64,000 nucleotides of DNA from an uncultured delta proteobacterium (GTDB lineage: Bacteria; Desulfobacterota; RBG-13-43-22). Made by a program: the position numbers and the translations under genes. The stretch lies in NCBI GenBank assembly GCA_963790475.1, contig CAWBOS010000015.1:578369-642368 (forward strand), in the 5' to 3' direction. Positions 8,122-18,420 of the stretch are shown piece by piece; position 1 is the first letter of the stretch, and the number at the start of each line of letters is the position of its first letter. Under the pieces are notes generated by a model. That model ran no database searches. It worked only from the letters and a program-made list of their open reading frames with translations, and had not been told where the DNA came from.

Positions 8122-10683
8122 TTATCTTTTAAATTCATAATTCCCGGACAGGAAGGCCTCCGCATGCCAGGCTACCATATTTTCGTCGGCCATGGTCATA
8201 TCGGTTTGCCTGGCACACCCCATCAAACGGCCCAAATCTTCAAGTTTTTCTTCGGTCATCGGCTCCGGATATTTTCGATAATCGGCCTTGACCAGATCTT
8301 CCTTGACCATGACCTCAAAACCCAATTCTTCCAACACGATCCCCAGAAACCGGGCCCGTCTGCCGCGCCTCAGGATATCCGCCGCCCCCCCCTTGAACAC
8401 AAAGGTAATGTAATTGTTATTGCGAATCTTTCCGCAAAAGGAATCCACGGTGGCAAAATGATATCCTAACCGGGAGCTGAAGTTAAGATAATTCAAAGAA
8501 ACGAGGGCCAGGGTCCGGTCCCAAAAATCATCGGAAGGCTGGGTGGCCGATTGGGCCATGACCGAGAGCAACCCTTTAACGTCCAAACCTATTGGCCCGG
8601 CCCAGCGGATTCCAGGCCAAGTGATCCCTTTCCACAGGGCCATGAAAGGCACGGAGATGACATTTTCCGGCGGTAGAACACGATGACCCCCGGCCTTTTT
8701 AATTCCACCCCCCAAATCCAAAAGATGGAGATTGAGGGGCAAAGAAGTCTTGATTCGAATGGGAAATATCTTATGAAGGTCTTCCCTCTCGGAGAGCTTG
8801 AACATTTCTTCAATACTTTTTTCATGGGCAAAACGGATAATATCATGAAAAGTCTGGCAAGATCGGGGGTTGAAATTCTCGAGTTTGGGGTCTACCAGAT
8901 TTAAGGGAACAATATAACGGATGATCTCCTGAAGCCGTTCATAGACCGGGGTATTTAAGAAAAGAGGGTTCTCTTTGGATAATTCCTTTAAAAGAGGCTC
9001 TACGCAGCCGGCATAAACTCGGGCATTGAAAGTATCCACCGTCACCTCCTGCCCGGTTTCCAAACAGGCCGTGGCCTTCCCGGTGTCCACCAGAGTAGGG
9101 ACTCGAAATTCACGAGCCAGGATGGCCATATGACCGGTGGCACTCCCTATGTCGGTGACGATGGCCGCAGCCTTATCCATAACCGAGACAAACCGGGAGG
9201 AAGTGTGGGGCGCTACCAGGACTGCCCCTTTGGGAAAATCAGTCAAGTCCTCGTTGGGCCTGATCTTAAAGACCGGCCCGGCCCCAATACCGAAGGCCCC
9301 GACCGTCCCTCCTTCCAGGAGAATCGGATATTCCTGCGAGATCCGCTCGAGGATTTTTTTCTTTTCTATTTTCTCGTAGGCTCTTAAATTCCGCGTTTGA
9401 AGGACAAACAGATGGTCTTCCGGGTCAAGGGTCCACTCCACGTCTTGAGGATGGCCGAAATGGGTTTCCAACAAACAAGCCCATTTCCACAGGGTGTTCA
9501 GCTGGTCCGGATTCAAACAAGGGCTCTCCTGAATGGGTTCAGGGACGGCTTCCTCCTGCAGTCCCCCCCCTGGGACGGCGATTAACTGTTTGGGTTTTCG
9601 AGGAATTTTTTGCCCTTTAATCTCGCCGGTCTTTTTGTAGAGCAAATACAGGTCCGGGCTGGCCATCCCGTCCACTACCCATTTCCCCAACCCCCACAAG
9701 GCATTGATCAGGACCACCTCTCCGTATTCAGGATCTACGTGGCTGGTGAACAGGACGCCGCTGGCCTTGGCCGGGATCAAATTCTGACAGGCGACGGCCA
9801 TGGCCATTTCCTCTTCCAGAAGGCCTTTACTCTTCATATAGAAAAGAGACCGGGCGTTAAATTGGCTGGCGACAATTTCCTTATATTTATCGGGGACCTC
9901 TTGAGGAGTAATATTTAAAAATGTGGCATACTGACCGGCAAAACTGAAATGAGTATCTTCAAGAAGGGCACTGCTTCGCAAGGCCAGTCCCCGCCCATGG
10001 TTTCCTTCGGCCTGAATTTTAGTGGCGGAATCCACCAGGATTTTTTCCATATCCGGAGGAATCCTGGCTTGAAGGATCAGGCTCTTAATGGCTTCTCCCG
10101 TCTCTTGAAGGGTTTTTTGATCGATGATAGAGGAATGGTTAAGCAGGGAGACGATCCCGTCCTGAAGGTTATTATGGGATAAAAAATGAATATATCCAAA
10201 CGTAGTTACGGCAAAGCCTTCCGGGGTGGGGAGACCCAAGACATTTTTTACCTCCCCCAAATGGGCATTTTTCCCTCCGGTCTGGTGAAAAGAGTCAACC
10301 GTAACCCGGTTCAGGTTGATGGTGAAATCGGTCCGGGGAATCTCTTTTTTTTTCTCCAGGGCCTTTTGAACCTCAAGATGGATCCGTTGATGAATTTCCT
10401 TCAGCTCTTCATAACGATTAGGGCTGATATTGATAAGATAGGCAACAATGAGTCCCACTTTTTCCGCAATGCGACTGGCGGTGGACCGAAGGTAACTCAT
10501 ATCAAAGAGGAAGTGCCCTCCCTGTTTTTCCTCCAAGTCGGCCATCAATTCCAGTGTTTCATTATTTTCTTTGAGCAGTTCAGTAAAATATCCGAAGATC
10601 TTTTCTAAGGATTCTGACCCCTTGGGATTTTTGAGTTGATCTTCCTTCCTAAAAAGACGGAAAAAATTCATTTTTATCTGCAA
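8122..10683 (-). CDS. PEP-synthase/PPDK-like protein, paralog 2
   Basis: GGKNAHLGE, LRSSALLED, FAGQY, QDVEWT and TGHMAILAREF motifs; same atypical C-terminal domain (NFSSRLGYHF). Confidence 0.85.
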   Translation of the reverse strand: MQIKMNFFRLFRKEDQLKNPKGSESLEKIFGYFTELLKENNETLELMADLEEKQGGHFLFDMSYLRSTASRIAEKVGLIVAYLINISPNRYEELKEIHQRIHLEVQKALEKKKEIPRTDFTINLNRVTVDSFHQTGGKNAHLGEVKNVLGLPTPEGFAVTTFGYIHFLSHNNLQDGIVSLLNHSSIIDQKTLQETGEAIKSLILQARIPPDMEKILVDSATKIQAEGNHGRGLALRSSALLEDTHFSFAGQYATFLNITPQEVPDKYKEIVASQFNARSLFYMKSKGLLEEEMAMAVACQNLIPAKASGVLFTSHVDPEYGEVVLINALWGLGKWVVDGMASPDLYLLYKKTGEIKGQKIPRKPKQLIAVPGGGLQEEAVPEPIQESPCLNPDQLNTLWKWACLLETHFGHPQDVEWTLDPEDHLFVLQTRNLRAYEKIEKKKILERISQEYPILLEGGTVGAFGIGAGPVFKIRPNEDLTDFPKGAVLVAPHTSSRFVSVMDKAAAIVTDIGSATGHMAILAREFRVPTLVDTGKATACLETGQEVTVDTFNARVYAGCVEPLLKELSKENPLFLNTPVYERLQEIIRYIVPLNLVDPKLENFNPRSCQTFHDIIRFAHEKSIEEMFKLSEREDLHKIFPIRIKTSLPLNLHLLDLGGGIKKAGGHRVLPPENVISVPFMALWKGITWPGIRWAGPIGLDVKGLLSVMAQSATQPSDDFWDRTLALVSLNYLNFSSRLGYHFATVDSFCGKIRNNNYITFVFKGGAADILRRGRRARFLGIVLEELGFEVMVKEDLVKADYRKYPEPMTEEKLEDLGRLMGCARQTDMTMADENMVAWHAEAFLSGNYEFKR

Positions 10684-11003
10684 ACCGAAAAAGTTTTAAT
10701 TTTCCGGGCATTATAAAAAGCCAGGAAGAAAATAGCAAGAATTGTATGCTGATCGAATAAGAACGATTCGATTTTAGCGACCATCTTCTACCACACATTT
10801 TCCCTTTCATTCTTCCCCCTTTTAAATTAATATCGGTAGTCTTCAATAAAAGGAATTAGACGGAAACGGTGTTCGGCTGCCGATGGCCTATAAAATTTTG
10901 ATTATTAGAAAGGCCATTGTTTATTAATTCTTGGATATTAGTTTCGCATGCCACCTGGAGGTGAGAAATTCAATTAGGTGAGGTCCTGCCTCTTTACAGC
11001 ATA

Positions 11004-12323
11004 GTGCCCTTCCTGGGTCTGTTGTTATCTATAGCCTTATGTCCTCTTTTCCTGACCAAATTCTGGCATGACCATTTTGGTAAGGTTGCCGCCTTTTGGG
11101 CAGCCCTGACCGCTGTTCCCATTATCATTGCCTATCAGGGCCTGGCCGTAAATCAATTTATCCATGTCTTAGTGGTAGATTATATTCCCTTCATCATACT
11201 TCTTTGGTCCCTTTATACGGTATCGGGCGGAATTGTCATCCACGGCAATCTGATGGGGACCCCCCTCACCAATACCATGATCCTTCTTTCAGGAACAGTC
11301 CTGGCCTCCTGGATAGGCACCACCGGAGCCTCCCTGCTTTTGATCCGTTTTTTTCTGAAGTCCAATAAGCATCGCCGGAACAAGGGCTTCATGGTTGTTT
11401 TTTTTATATTTCTGGTAGCCAATATAGGGGGGGGCTTGACGCCTTTGGGAGATCCCCCCTTGTTCCTTGGATTCCTTCATGGGGTCCCCTTTACCTGGAC
11501 CTTCCGCCTATTTCCCCAGATACTTTTTTTGGTGATTGTCCTGCTGACCATTTACTTTTGTCTGGATCATTATTTTTATAGGAAAGAAACCCATCAATTA
11601 ACAAAAGGGAAATCGGCTTCTCAGCGGCTTGGCGTTAAGGGTTCGTACAATTTGATCTTTCTGGCCGGGGTTATCGGATCGGTCATACTGAGCGGCTGCC
11701 TTGACCTGGGGGCAGTCCATTTCTGGGGTGTCTCCTTCCGGATCATAGACTGGACACGCGACGGTCTGCTGATTCTCATGGGTCTATTTTCCTTACTGAC
11801 CACTCCGCGAATTTTCCGGGAGGAAAACGAATTTACCTGGGCCCCCATCCTGGAAGTGGGTTATATCTTTTTTGGATTATTTATTGCCATGGCCCCCTGT
11901 CTTCTTATTTTAAAGGCCGGGGATAAAGGGGCCCTGGCCTTTGTCACCTCCTCCCTCAAGACCCCGGCCCATTATTTCTGGGCCTCGGGAACCCTGTCGA
12001 GTTTTCTGGATAACGCCCCCACTTACCTGTCTTTTTTAAGCTCGGCCCTGGGCAGCTTTTACCCGGCCATGCCGGAGTCCCTATCCGTACCAAGACTGAT
12101 CAGTGAAAATGCCGCTTTTCTGAAGGCCATATCCTGCGGTGCCGTTTTTATGGGTGCCAACACCTACATTGGAAACGCCCCTAATTTTATGGTACGATCG
12201 ATTGCCGAGGAAGCCGGTGTCCCTATGCCCAATTTTATCACCTATATTTTAAAATATTCCCTGCCCATCCTCTGCCCTCTTTTCCTGATCATGACCTTTA
12301 TTTTTTTCAGGAGGATCCCGTGA
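11004..12323 (+). CDS. Putative Na+/H+ antiporter (IT/NhaD-like family); 5' end uncertain
   Basis: ANIGGGLTPLGDPPLFLG, SSFLDNAPTY and GANTYIGNAPNF motifs; multi-TM. Confidence 0.82.
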   Translation: MPFLGLLLSIALCPLFLTKFWHDHFGKVAAFWAALTAVPIIIAYQGLAVNQFIHVLVVDYIPFIILLWSLYTVSGGIVIHGNLMGTPLTNTMILLSGTVLASWIGTTGASLLLIRFFLKSNKHRRNKGFMVVFFIFLVANIGGGLTPLGDPPLFLGFLHGVPFTWTFRLFPQILFLVIVLLTIYFCLDHYFYRKETHQLTKGKSASQRLGVKGSYNLIFLAGVIGSVILSGCLDLGAVHFWGVSFRIIDWTRDGLLILMGLFSLLTTPRIFREENEFTWAPILEVGYIFFGLFIAMAPCLLILKAGDKGALAFVTSSLKTPAHYFWASGTLSSFLDNAPTYLSFLSSALGSFYPAMPESLSVPRLISENAAFLKAISCGAVFMGANTYIGNAPNFMVRSIAEEAGVPMPNFITYILKYSLPILCPLFLIMTFIFFRRIP

Positions 12324-13210
12324 AACCTTTCAAGGTCTTGTTCGCGACTAAGTTCGGAGAATCGGCCTTTGATTCCTTAGTTTCTCTCTTACCTTTAAAA
12401 AAGGTGGGGCTGGGAGAGATCATCCTGACCCATATCATTCCTCGGGACGAAGTGGCCTACGTTCCTTATGGGGGATACATGAAAGACGAGGAAGAACGAT
12501 TACGGGAAGAGGCGAGAATTCGTTTTGAAGACTGGGAGAAAACCATCTCCCGGGCAGGGATTAAAAGTAAAATTCATATTGAGGTCGGTAACCCGATACC
12601 GAAGATCGTGGAAATCGCCGAGATGGAAAAATGCAAATTGATTGCGGCCGGTCACAAAAAGCGGACCACCCTGGGAAAAATTATTATCGGTTCCCATACC
12701 CTTGAGCTGCTGCGTTGGAGCAAAGTTATTCCGATACTCATAAACAAACCCCCGATCGAATGTGATCCGGGCGGTCAGGGGATCTTGCAACAAAACGATC
12801 ATCCTTTCCGCAGACCCTTGTTGGCCACCGACTGGTCTAAACTAGCAAACAAATCTCTGCGTTTTATAGCCTCTTTTAAAGATGCGATTGACCGGGTGGA
12901 CGTCGTTCATGTGATTGGGAGCAAGATATCAAAAGGTGTAAGCAGGACGGAATTGAAACGTTTGGAAAGAGAAAGCAAGGAGAGACTTGCGGCTTACGCT
13001 GCCTACCTGCGAAACACCGGGATCGAGGCCGAGACCCACTTGGCTGCCGGAAGAACGGAAGAAGAAATTCTCCGGCTTTCGAGTGAACTGAAATCAACCA
13101 TGATCATCATTGGCACGACCGGGAAAGACCGCATAGGCGATTTTTTTCTCGGGAGCGTTTCCCACCGCATAGCCGAACTATCCGACCGCCCCACCCTCTT
13201 GATTCCATAG
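12320..13210 (+). CDS. Universal stress protein with two USP domains
   Basis: LLATDWS, IIIGTTG..FFLGSVS..I motifs; translationally coupled by GTGA overlap. Confidence 0.88.
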   Translation: MKPFKVLFATKFGESAFDSLVSLLPLKKVGLGEIILTHIIPRDEVAYVPYGGYMKDEEERLREEARIRFEDWEKTISRAGIKSKIHIEVGNPIPKIVEIAEMEKCKLIAAGHKKRTTLGKIIIGSHTLELLRWSKVIPILINKPPIECDPGGQGILQQNDHPFRRPLLATDWSKLANKSLRFIASFKDAIDRVDVVHVIGSKISKGVSRTELKRLERESKERLAAYAAYLRNTGIEAETHLAAGRTEEEILRLSSELKSTMIIIGTTGKDRIGDFFLGSVSHRIAELSDRPTLLIP

Positions 13211-13458
13211 AACATTCTGAAATTAGATCGGGGGAGGCGGATAATTTCCAGTGGCGGTCCGGTCAACTGGGGAACAAATTCGCATTTCCCCTTTTTGGCT
13301 TTATGGATTCTTTTGAACGCTAAGGGATTTTTTTGGTGGCCCGGAAGGGTGTCTTGAGGGCAGACCCAACCGGCAGGCCCGGATTGAGGCCCCCAAAGCA
13401 CCGAATTATCTTGTCCCGGCCGGTCAAATGAATCGTCCGAAATCTGAGTTGAGGCTCC

Positions 13459-14260
13459 CAGGGGCTGCTCTTATCCGGGGCCTTGGCCTATTATACCCTG
13501 TTGTCGATCGTGCCCCTGTCCATCCTATCCTTAATCGTTCTGTCCCATTTCATCGAAGAGGCCCAGCTATTCCAAATGTTATCGACTTATATCGGGATGG
13601 TCATTCCCGGCTATGCCGCGACTTTGAATGACCAGGTTCGGATATTTCTTGAGAATCGGAAAGTGGTCGGCATCGTCGGGTTCCTGGTCATGTTGTTTTT
13701 TAGCTCCACCGCCTTTACCGTGCCCGAAAGGGCTATGTGGGTGATCTTTCTTCACCGGGTCAGGGTTCCCCGCCGCTCTTTCTTGGTCTCTTTTATTATG
13801 TCTATATCTTTCAATGGGCCTGGGCCTCCTGATGGTTTCTTTTATCGCTGGAATCTTGGAGACCCTGGAAAAAGCGGAATTCCTGATTGTTGGATGGACC
13901 TTAAGTATTGAAGGCACCTCCAGGCTGGCCTTGTCGATTCTGGGGATCATCGGTGAAGTCTTTATGCTCACATCCATCTATCTGGTTATGCCCCTGGTGC
14001 GCGTAACCCCCCGACACGCCCTGATGGGCGGGATAACAGCTACGGGTTTATGGGAAATCACCCGCCGGATCCTGGTCTGGTATTATTCGGTCCTTTCCAT
14101 GGTCAATTTGATTTATGGTTCCCTGGCCACGGCCGTGGTGGCGCTTCTGAGCATAGAGGCTTTGGCGATCATCCTTTTGTTGGGAGCCCAGGTCATCGCC
14201 GAACTTGAACCTAAACCCGACGATTCAGCCGATGAGAACGGCTCCGGATTTAAACCCTGA
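13459..14260 (+). pseudogene. YihY/BrkB family membrane protein remnant (5' truncated, frameshifted near 13800)
   Basis: QGLLLSGALAYYTLLSIVP directly after an in-frame TGA (13450-13452); second frame carries YGSLA...LLLGAQ. Confidence 0.7.
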
Positions 14261-14429
14261 TCGCTGGTTTCGCCAGGAGATTCACCTTAGGGCAGTTCCA
14301 AAAAGTGCAGCCAAGCTTGTCCGGCCCGGAGTGCACTGAGTTTGGCCGGGTGAGAGGCCGCTTCGGGCCAAGACCGCTCATTCGGCTGTCACCGGGAAGA
14401 TAGTCCTTCAAAAAAAATCTAATCTTGGG

Positions 14430-15746
14430 TTACATTGCGGTCTTCTCAACCGAAATCAGAAAATCTTTTTTATGTGATCTTTGTGTGTTCGAGAGACTAA
14501 TGGGAGGGGGGGAGTGTTGTTCCCATCTTCGAATCGCCTTGATTTCATCCACTGAATGCCAGAGTTCCTGTCCCGGGATATAGGTAACCTGTTTCATGGT
14601 ATAAAAGGAATATTTGGGGTCTTTAGAGGTTATCCCAAAATAGGTCCCGCAGTTGGCCATGTGGTCAAAGGGCCGGATATAGAGAGGACCCCGCAACGAA
14701 TCCCATTGAATCCCTTCCAGGGCACCAATCACTTTTTCGGTTTCTATAGATTTGGCCTTTTCCACCGCTTTTTTTAAAACCATCAGACCGTCATAGATGG
14801 TAATGGCCCAGGCTGATGGATACTCCCCGGTCCTCGTCCAATACTTATTCACAAAGGCCTTCATCCGGGGATTGTTCAGGGCATAAAAAGGGGCCCGGTC
14901 AAAACCGTAGAGATTAGGTATCATATCCTCGCCCAACCCTTTAAAAAGGTCATAATCAAAAAGACCGATTAAACGTACACCGGGAAACAGCCCCATGGCC
15001 CGGCCTTTTCGGATAAATCCGGACAGATCGCCGCCCCACAAGATGGAGTAAATAACCTCCGGTTTGCTGGAAATCAAGGTATTGATATAAGGGCTGTAAT
15101 CCTGTTCCCCCAATTTTGCCCAGAGTTCTTTGATCACCTGGGCTGAGGGACTGAGTTCGGACAACCTTTTTTTAAAGGCTGCGGACTGGCTTTGTCCGTA
15201 CTCAGTATCCGGACCGATGATGGCGATTTTTCTAAAGGATTTCTTGGAGAGGAAGGCGGCCACAGCCCGGCCTTCCATATAGGTATTGGGGGTAACCTGA
15301 AACAAATAACGGTGGCCGTATTCGGCCGTTATCTTTTCATTGTTGGCGGCATGAAAAAATATCAATTTTTTATTTTCCCGGCATACCTGGGAAACGGCCA
15401 GGGCAACGGAAGGGCTGGTAGGACCGACCAAAAAATCAACTTTATCTTTCCAAATCAAATCCCGGGCCAAGGCCGACCCCAATTCGGGATTCAACTGGGA
15501 ATCGCGGACGATCAGCTCCACCTTGCGGCCCAGAAGACCTCCGGAGGAATTGATCTCTTCCAGGCCGATTTCCAGGGCCTGTTTCTGCGATAGGGCGATC
15601 AAGAATCCCGAGCCGGTCACATCGGCTACGAATCCAAATTTGACGATTTTTTTGTCCGCCCAGGAATGGCCTGGGAGAAAAATAAACAAAATCAGAAAAA
15701 GCCAAAACAGAAAAGAAGATAAATTTTTATCTTGATAATAATGCAT
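14430..15746 (-). CDS. Branched-chain amino acid-type (LivJ-like) ABC substrate-binding protein, orphan
   Basis: EEINSSGGLLGRKVELIVRD, LVGP, signal peptide; probable start MHYYQ at 15746. Confidence 0.82.
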   Translation of the reverse strand: MHYYQDKNLSSFLFWLFLILFIFLPGHSWADKKIVKFGFVADVTGSGFLIALSQKQALEIGLEEINSSGGLLGRKVELIVRDSQLNPELGSALARDLIWKDKVDFLVGPTSPSVALAVSQVCRENKKLIFFHAANNEKITAEYGHRYLFQVTPNTYMEGRAVAAFLSKKSFRKIAIIGPDTEYGQSQSAAFKKRLSELSPSAQVIKELWAKLGEQDYSPYINTLISSKPEVIYSILWGGDLSGFIRKGRAMGLFPGVRLIGLFDYDLFKGLGEDMIPNLYGFDRAPFYALNNPRMKAFVNKYWTRTGEYPSAWAITIYDGLMVLKKAVEKAKSIETEKVIGALEGIQWDSLRGPLYIRPFDHMANCGTYFGITSKDPKYSFYTMKQVTYIPGQELWHSVDEIKAIRRWEQHSPPPISLSNTQRSHKKDFLISVEKTAM

Positions 15747-15881
15747 AAAGGCCCTCTCCTGAAAATAAAACTGTAAACAGGAACCCAGATCAGAAATACT
15801 TGTTTTCCCCACACAAGAATTGTATATAATATTTACCTCATTTGAACAAAAAAACAAACAAGAGATTCCAAAGGGGACTTC

Positions 15882-16856
15882 ATGGGTGGTTTTTACTGGC
15901 TCTTTCCGGTCTCAGGGGTAAAGACCTTTTTTTTTATCCCGCCTTTAGTGGCCTTCGTTGTTTCTTTTTTCACTTCCATGGGCGGTGTTTCCGGGGCCTT
16001 TCTGCTCTTGCCTTTTCAAGTCAGTTTTTTAAATTTTACCACCCCGGCCGTCAGTGCCACGAATTTTGTTTATAACATCGTCGCTATCCCCAGCGGGGTC
16101 TATCGTTACCTCAAAGAAGGCCGCATGGCCTGGCCTTTGACCTGGGTGGTTATTGCCGGGACTTTGCCCGGGGTCTTTATCGGCTACTATCTGCGGGTTC
16201 TTTATCTTCCCGATCCCAAGGCTTTCAAATTTTTTGTCGGCGTCGTTTTACTCTATCTGGGCCTCCGTTTATTATATGAAATGACCTCCCGATCTCAAAA
16301 AGGGAAAAGGGGACTGAAGGTCCTGGAAGATAAATTTGATCGGCGCGCCAAAGAACTTAGGGAAAATCAGGCCGGGCTCACGACCTCCGCCCTGCCGGCC
16401 GAAGCAGTAGTAAAAACGGTCCGCTTTTCTCTTTCCCGGGTGGAATATGAGTTCTGGGGGGAACGGTTTTCTTTCAGCACCGCGGCCATGTTTTTCTTGG
16501 CCTGCGTGGTTGGGGTGATCGGCGGGACCTACGGCATCGGGGGCGGGGCCATCATCGCCCCATTTTGCGTGACCATATTTCATTTGCCGGTTCATACGGT
16601 TGCCGGGGCCGCCCTGCTGGGAACTTTTTTGACCTCCATTGCCGGGGTCTTTTTCTACAGCATCATCCCGGCCAAAGCGGGAATGGCCACGGCCCCGGAC
16701 TGGCTTTTGGGTTTTCTCTTCGGGGCCGGCGGCTTTGCCGGGATGTATCTGGGTGCCCGAACTCAAAAATATGTCCCGCAAAAATTCATCAAAATGATGC
16801 TGGGTCTTATCATCACCTCCTTGGCCCTGGGCTACATCATCCAATATTTTTATTGA
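15882..16856 (+). CDS. TSUP (TauE/SafE) family membrane protein
   Basis: MGGVSGAFLLLP and YGIGGGAIIAP repeats; multi-TM. Confidence 0.85.
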   Translation: MGGFYWLFPVSGVKTFFFIPPLVAFVVSFFTSMGGVSGAFLLLPFQVSFLNFTTPAVSATNFVYNIVAIPSGVYRYLKEGRMAWPLTWVVIAGTLPGVFIGYYLRVLYLPDPKAFKFFVGVVLLYLGLRLLYEMTSRSQKGKRGLKVLEDKFDRRAKELRENQAGLTTSALPAEAVVKTVRFSLSRVEYEFWGERFSFSTAAMFFLACVVGVIGGTYGIGGGAIIAPFCVTIFHLPVHTVAGAALLGTFLTSIAGVFFYSIIPAKAGMATAPDWLLGFLFGAGGFAGMYLGARTQKYVPQKFIKMMLGLIITSLALGYIIQYFY

Positions 16857-16889
16857 CTTAGGTGCCTATTACAAAATTCCGGAATGCCC

Positions 16890-16938
16890 GTCACCCTCGC
16901 TAAGCTTGTCTGCGACCTGATCGGAGATCGGGGGTCCG
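16890..16938 (+). repeat. Degenerate REP-like element with CTTGTC..GACCTGATCGG insert
   Basis: gtcaccctcgctaagcttgtctgcgacctgatcggagatcgggggtccg; a related reverse copy lies at 18421-18470. Confidence 0.5.
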
Positions 16939-17073
16939 TAATGAATATTTTTAGATTTAATAAACAAAGTGATCCAAGGTTATTGACCAAATCTGGATTT
17001 GTGGTAGGATTAGAAGAAAGGACAATTGAACGTTTCTGAGACTCTCATTATAATGCAATTGAGGGGAATAATC

Positions 17074-17448
17074 ATGAAGAATCTTAAATTTCATCCGGAA
17101 CATGCCTGGATATTGGTGAATGGACATCATGGGATCATCGGTATCTCGGAATATGCCCAGCAGCAATTGGGAGAAATCATCTACGTGGACCTGCCGGATA
17201 TCGATACTGAAATCAAACCGGGTGAGCCCTTGTGTGCCTTGGAATCCAGCAAGGTGGCGACCGACGTGATTGCCCCGGTCAGCGGTACGGTCATAGAAAC
17301 GAATGGGGCACTGGATGAAGAACCCCAAAGGATCAATTCTTCTCCCTATGAAGACGGCTGGTTGATTAAGGTTATTTTAAAAAAACCAACGGAACTGGAT
17401 GAATTAATGGACAAGGCCGCCTATGAGGAGTATATTAAGTCGAAATAA
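17074..17448 (+). CDS. gcvH: Glycine cleavage H protein (lipoyl carrier)
   Basis: EHAW, GISEYAQQQLG, ESSK lipoyl-Lys, INSSPYEDGWL; RBS GAGGGG before ATG 17074. Confidence 0.92.
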   Translation: MKNLKFHPEHAWILVNGHHGIIGISEYAQQQLGEIIYVDLPDIDTEIKPGEPLCALESSKVATDVIAPVSGTVIETNGALDEEPQRINSSPYEDGWLIKVILKKPTELDELMDKAAYEEYIKSK

Positions 17449-17508
17449 ACTACGTTCGTTGTCTAAACCGGCAAACCCAAAAGAATGAAAATGGGTTTAG
17501 CCAAATAC

Positions 17509-17647
17509 TGATTAGGTCATAAAGTTGTCATCCCAGCGAACCCCGGATCGGGTCCGGGGCAGGCGCCGGGATCCAGAATAATTATAACTTACTTAAAACA
17601 CTGGATTCCGGCTTTCGCCGGAATGACAATTTTTTACGATTAAATTA
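17509..17647. mobile_element. MITE-like element, family A (variant with extra CCCCGGA-TCCGGGG hairpin)
   Basis: gtcatcccagcgaa...gccgggatccag...ctggattccggctttcgccggaatgac with degenerate TIRs. Confidence 0.65.
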
Positions 17648-17689
17648 AAAGGAGGGACTATGGCTCTACAAAAGAGAAAAGGCAGGGAC

Positions 17690-18196
17690 ATGATCCTGCT
17701 GAAAAGACTTATTCTGTTTATTACCTGTCTGTCTTTTTTTGGCCTTCTCTCTTGTAGTAATTCCGGCACCAACAGTACCGCCAGTTCCGGCGGTACTGCA
17801 GGCACAGGGACAGGTTGGACGATCTCGGTTAGAACTTTTAAAAATTCTGCCTCAGCTTCAGGGCTCGAGCTTGTCGGTGTTATCGTCAATATTAAAGATC
17901 GTTCGGGAGCACCTGCGCCTAATGGGACACAAGTTTGTGATACAGTCTCGAGGGGTGGATTCTTAGTCAATGGCACAACACTTGTTTCTTCTAAATGTGA
18001 ATCAACCGCAAATGATATTGGACAGGTATTGTTAACCTACATCCCTGCAGTTATGGGACAAGTCTGTAAAGTTAATCCAGTTACTCTAATAGAAACTTGT
18101 ACCACTCAACAAGTCCCTATTAGCTCAGGGTTAGACACAATTCAATCTTCTTCCATGGGGGCTTTTGGCTCAACCACGATTGAAGTGGTACCATAA
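17690..18196 (+). CDS. Lipoprotein with Ig-like (Big/invasin-type) domain
   Basis: Lipobox LLSC, Ser/Gly/Thr linker, IKDRSGAPAPNG motif. Confidence 0.65.
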   Translation: MILLKRLILFITCLSFFGLLSCSNSGTNSTASSGGTAGTGTGWTISVRTFKNSASASGLELVGVIVNIKDRSGAPAPNGTQVCDTVSRGGFLVNGTTLVSSKCESTANDIGQVLLTYIPAVMGQVCKVNPVTLIETCTTQQVPISSGLDTIQSSSMGAFGSTTIEVVP

Positions 18197-18420
18197 TCCG
18201 GCCTTTTTAAGCTCAGCAAAAGTCTTGATATTATCAAAATAGGCCAGCCTCGTCTGGGAGAGAATTCCACAGCTAAAGAAATATTATAATTCTCAATTTT
18301 CATCTCCCGTCAGAATACCTAACACTTTTATTAAGTCCGAAAAATTTCCCCCCAATCCTTTCCTTCCTTCGTGTCATGTACAGTCAGACCTTTGAATTTG
18401 AAGTAGTTAAATTGCAGGGC

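Noticed and set aside
7918-8469. 183-aa plus-strand ORF beginning MMNSQKV...HSGESRNP
   Set aside because: It is a translation of the MITE/REP element plus the antisense of the PEP-synthase-like gene; the same applies to ORFs at 17593, 22522 and 30753.
2002-10683. Calling the two dikinase-like genes ppsA
   Set aside because: The pyruvate-binding TIM-barrel motifs are absent, so the symbol was withheld.
10960-11003. In-frame TGA upstream of the antiporter as a second Sec codon
   Set aside because: There is no Cys-type motif context or SECIS-like hairpin; a degenerate or mis-sequenced 5' end is more likely.
14261-14420. GC-rich intergenic stretch as a possible tRNA or riboswitch
   Set aside because: No cloverleaf, T-loop or recognisable aptamer motif on either strand.
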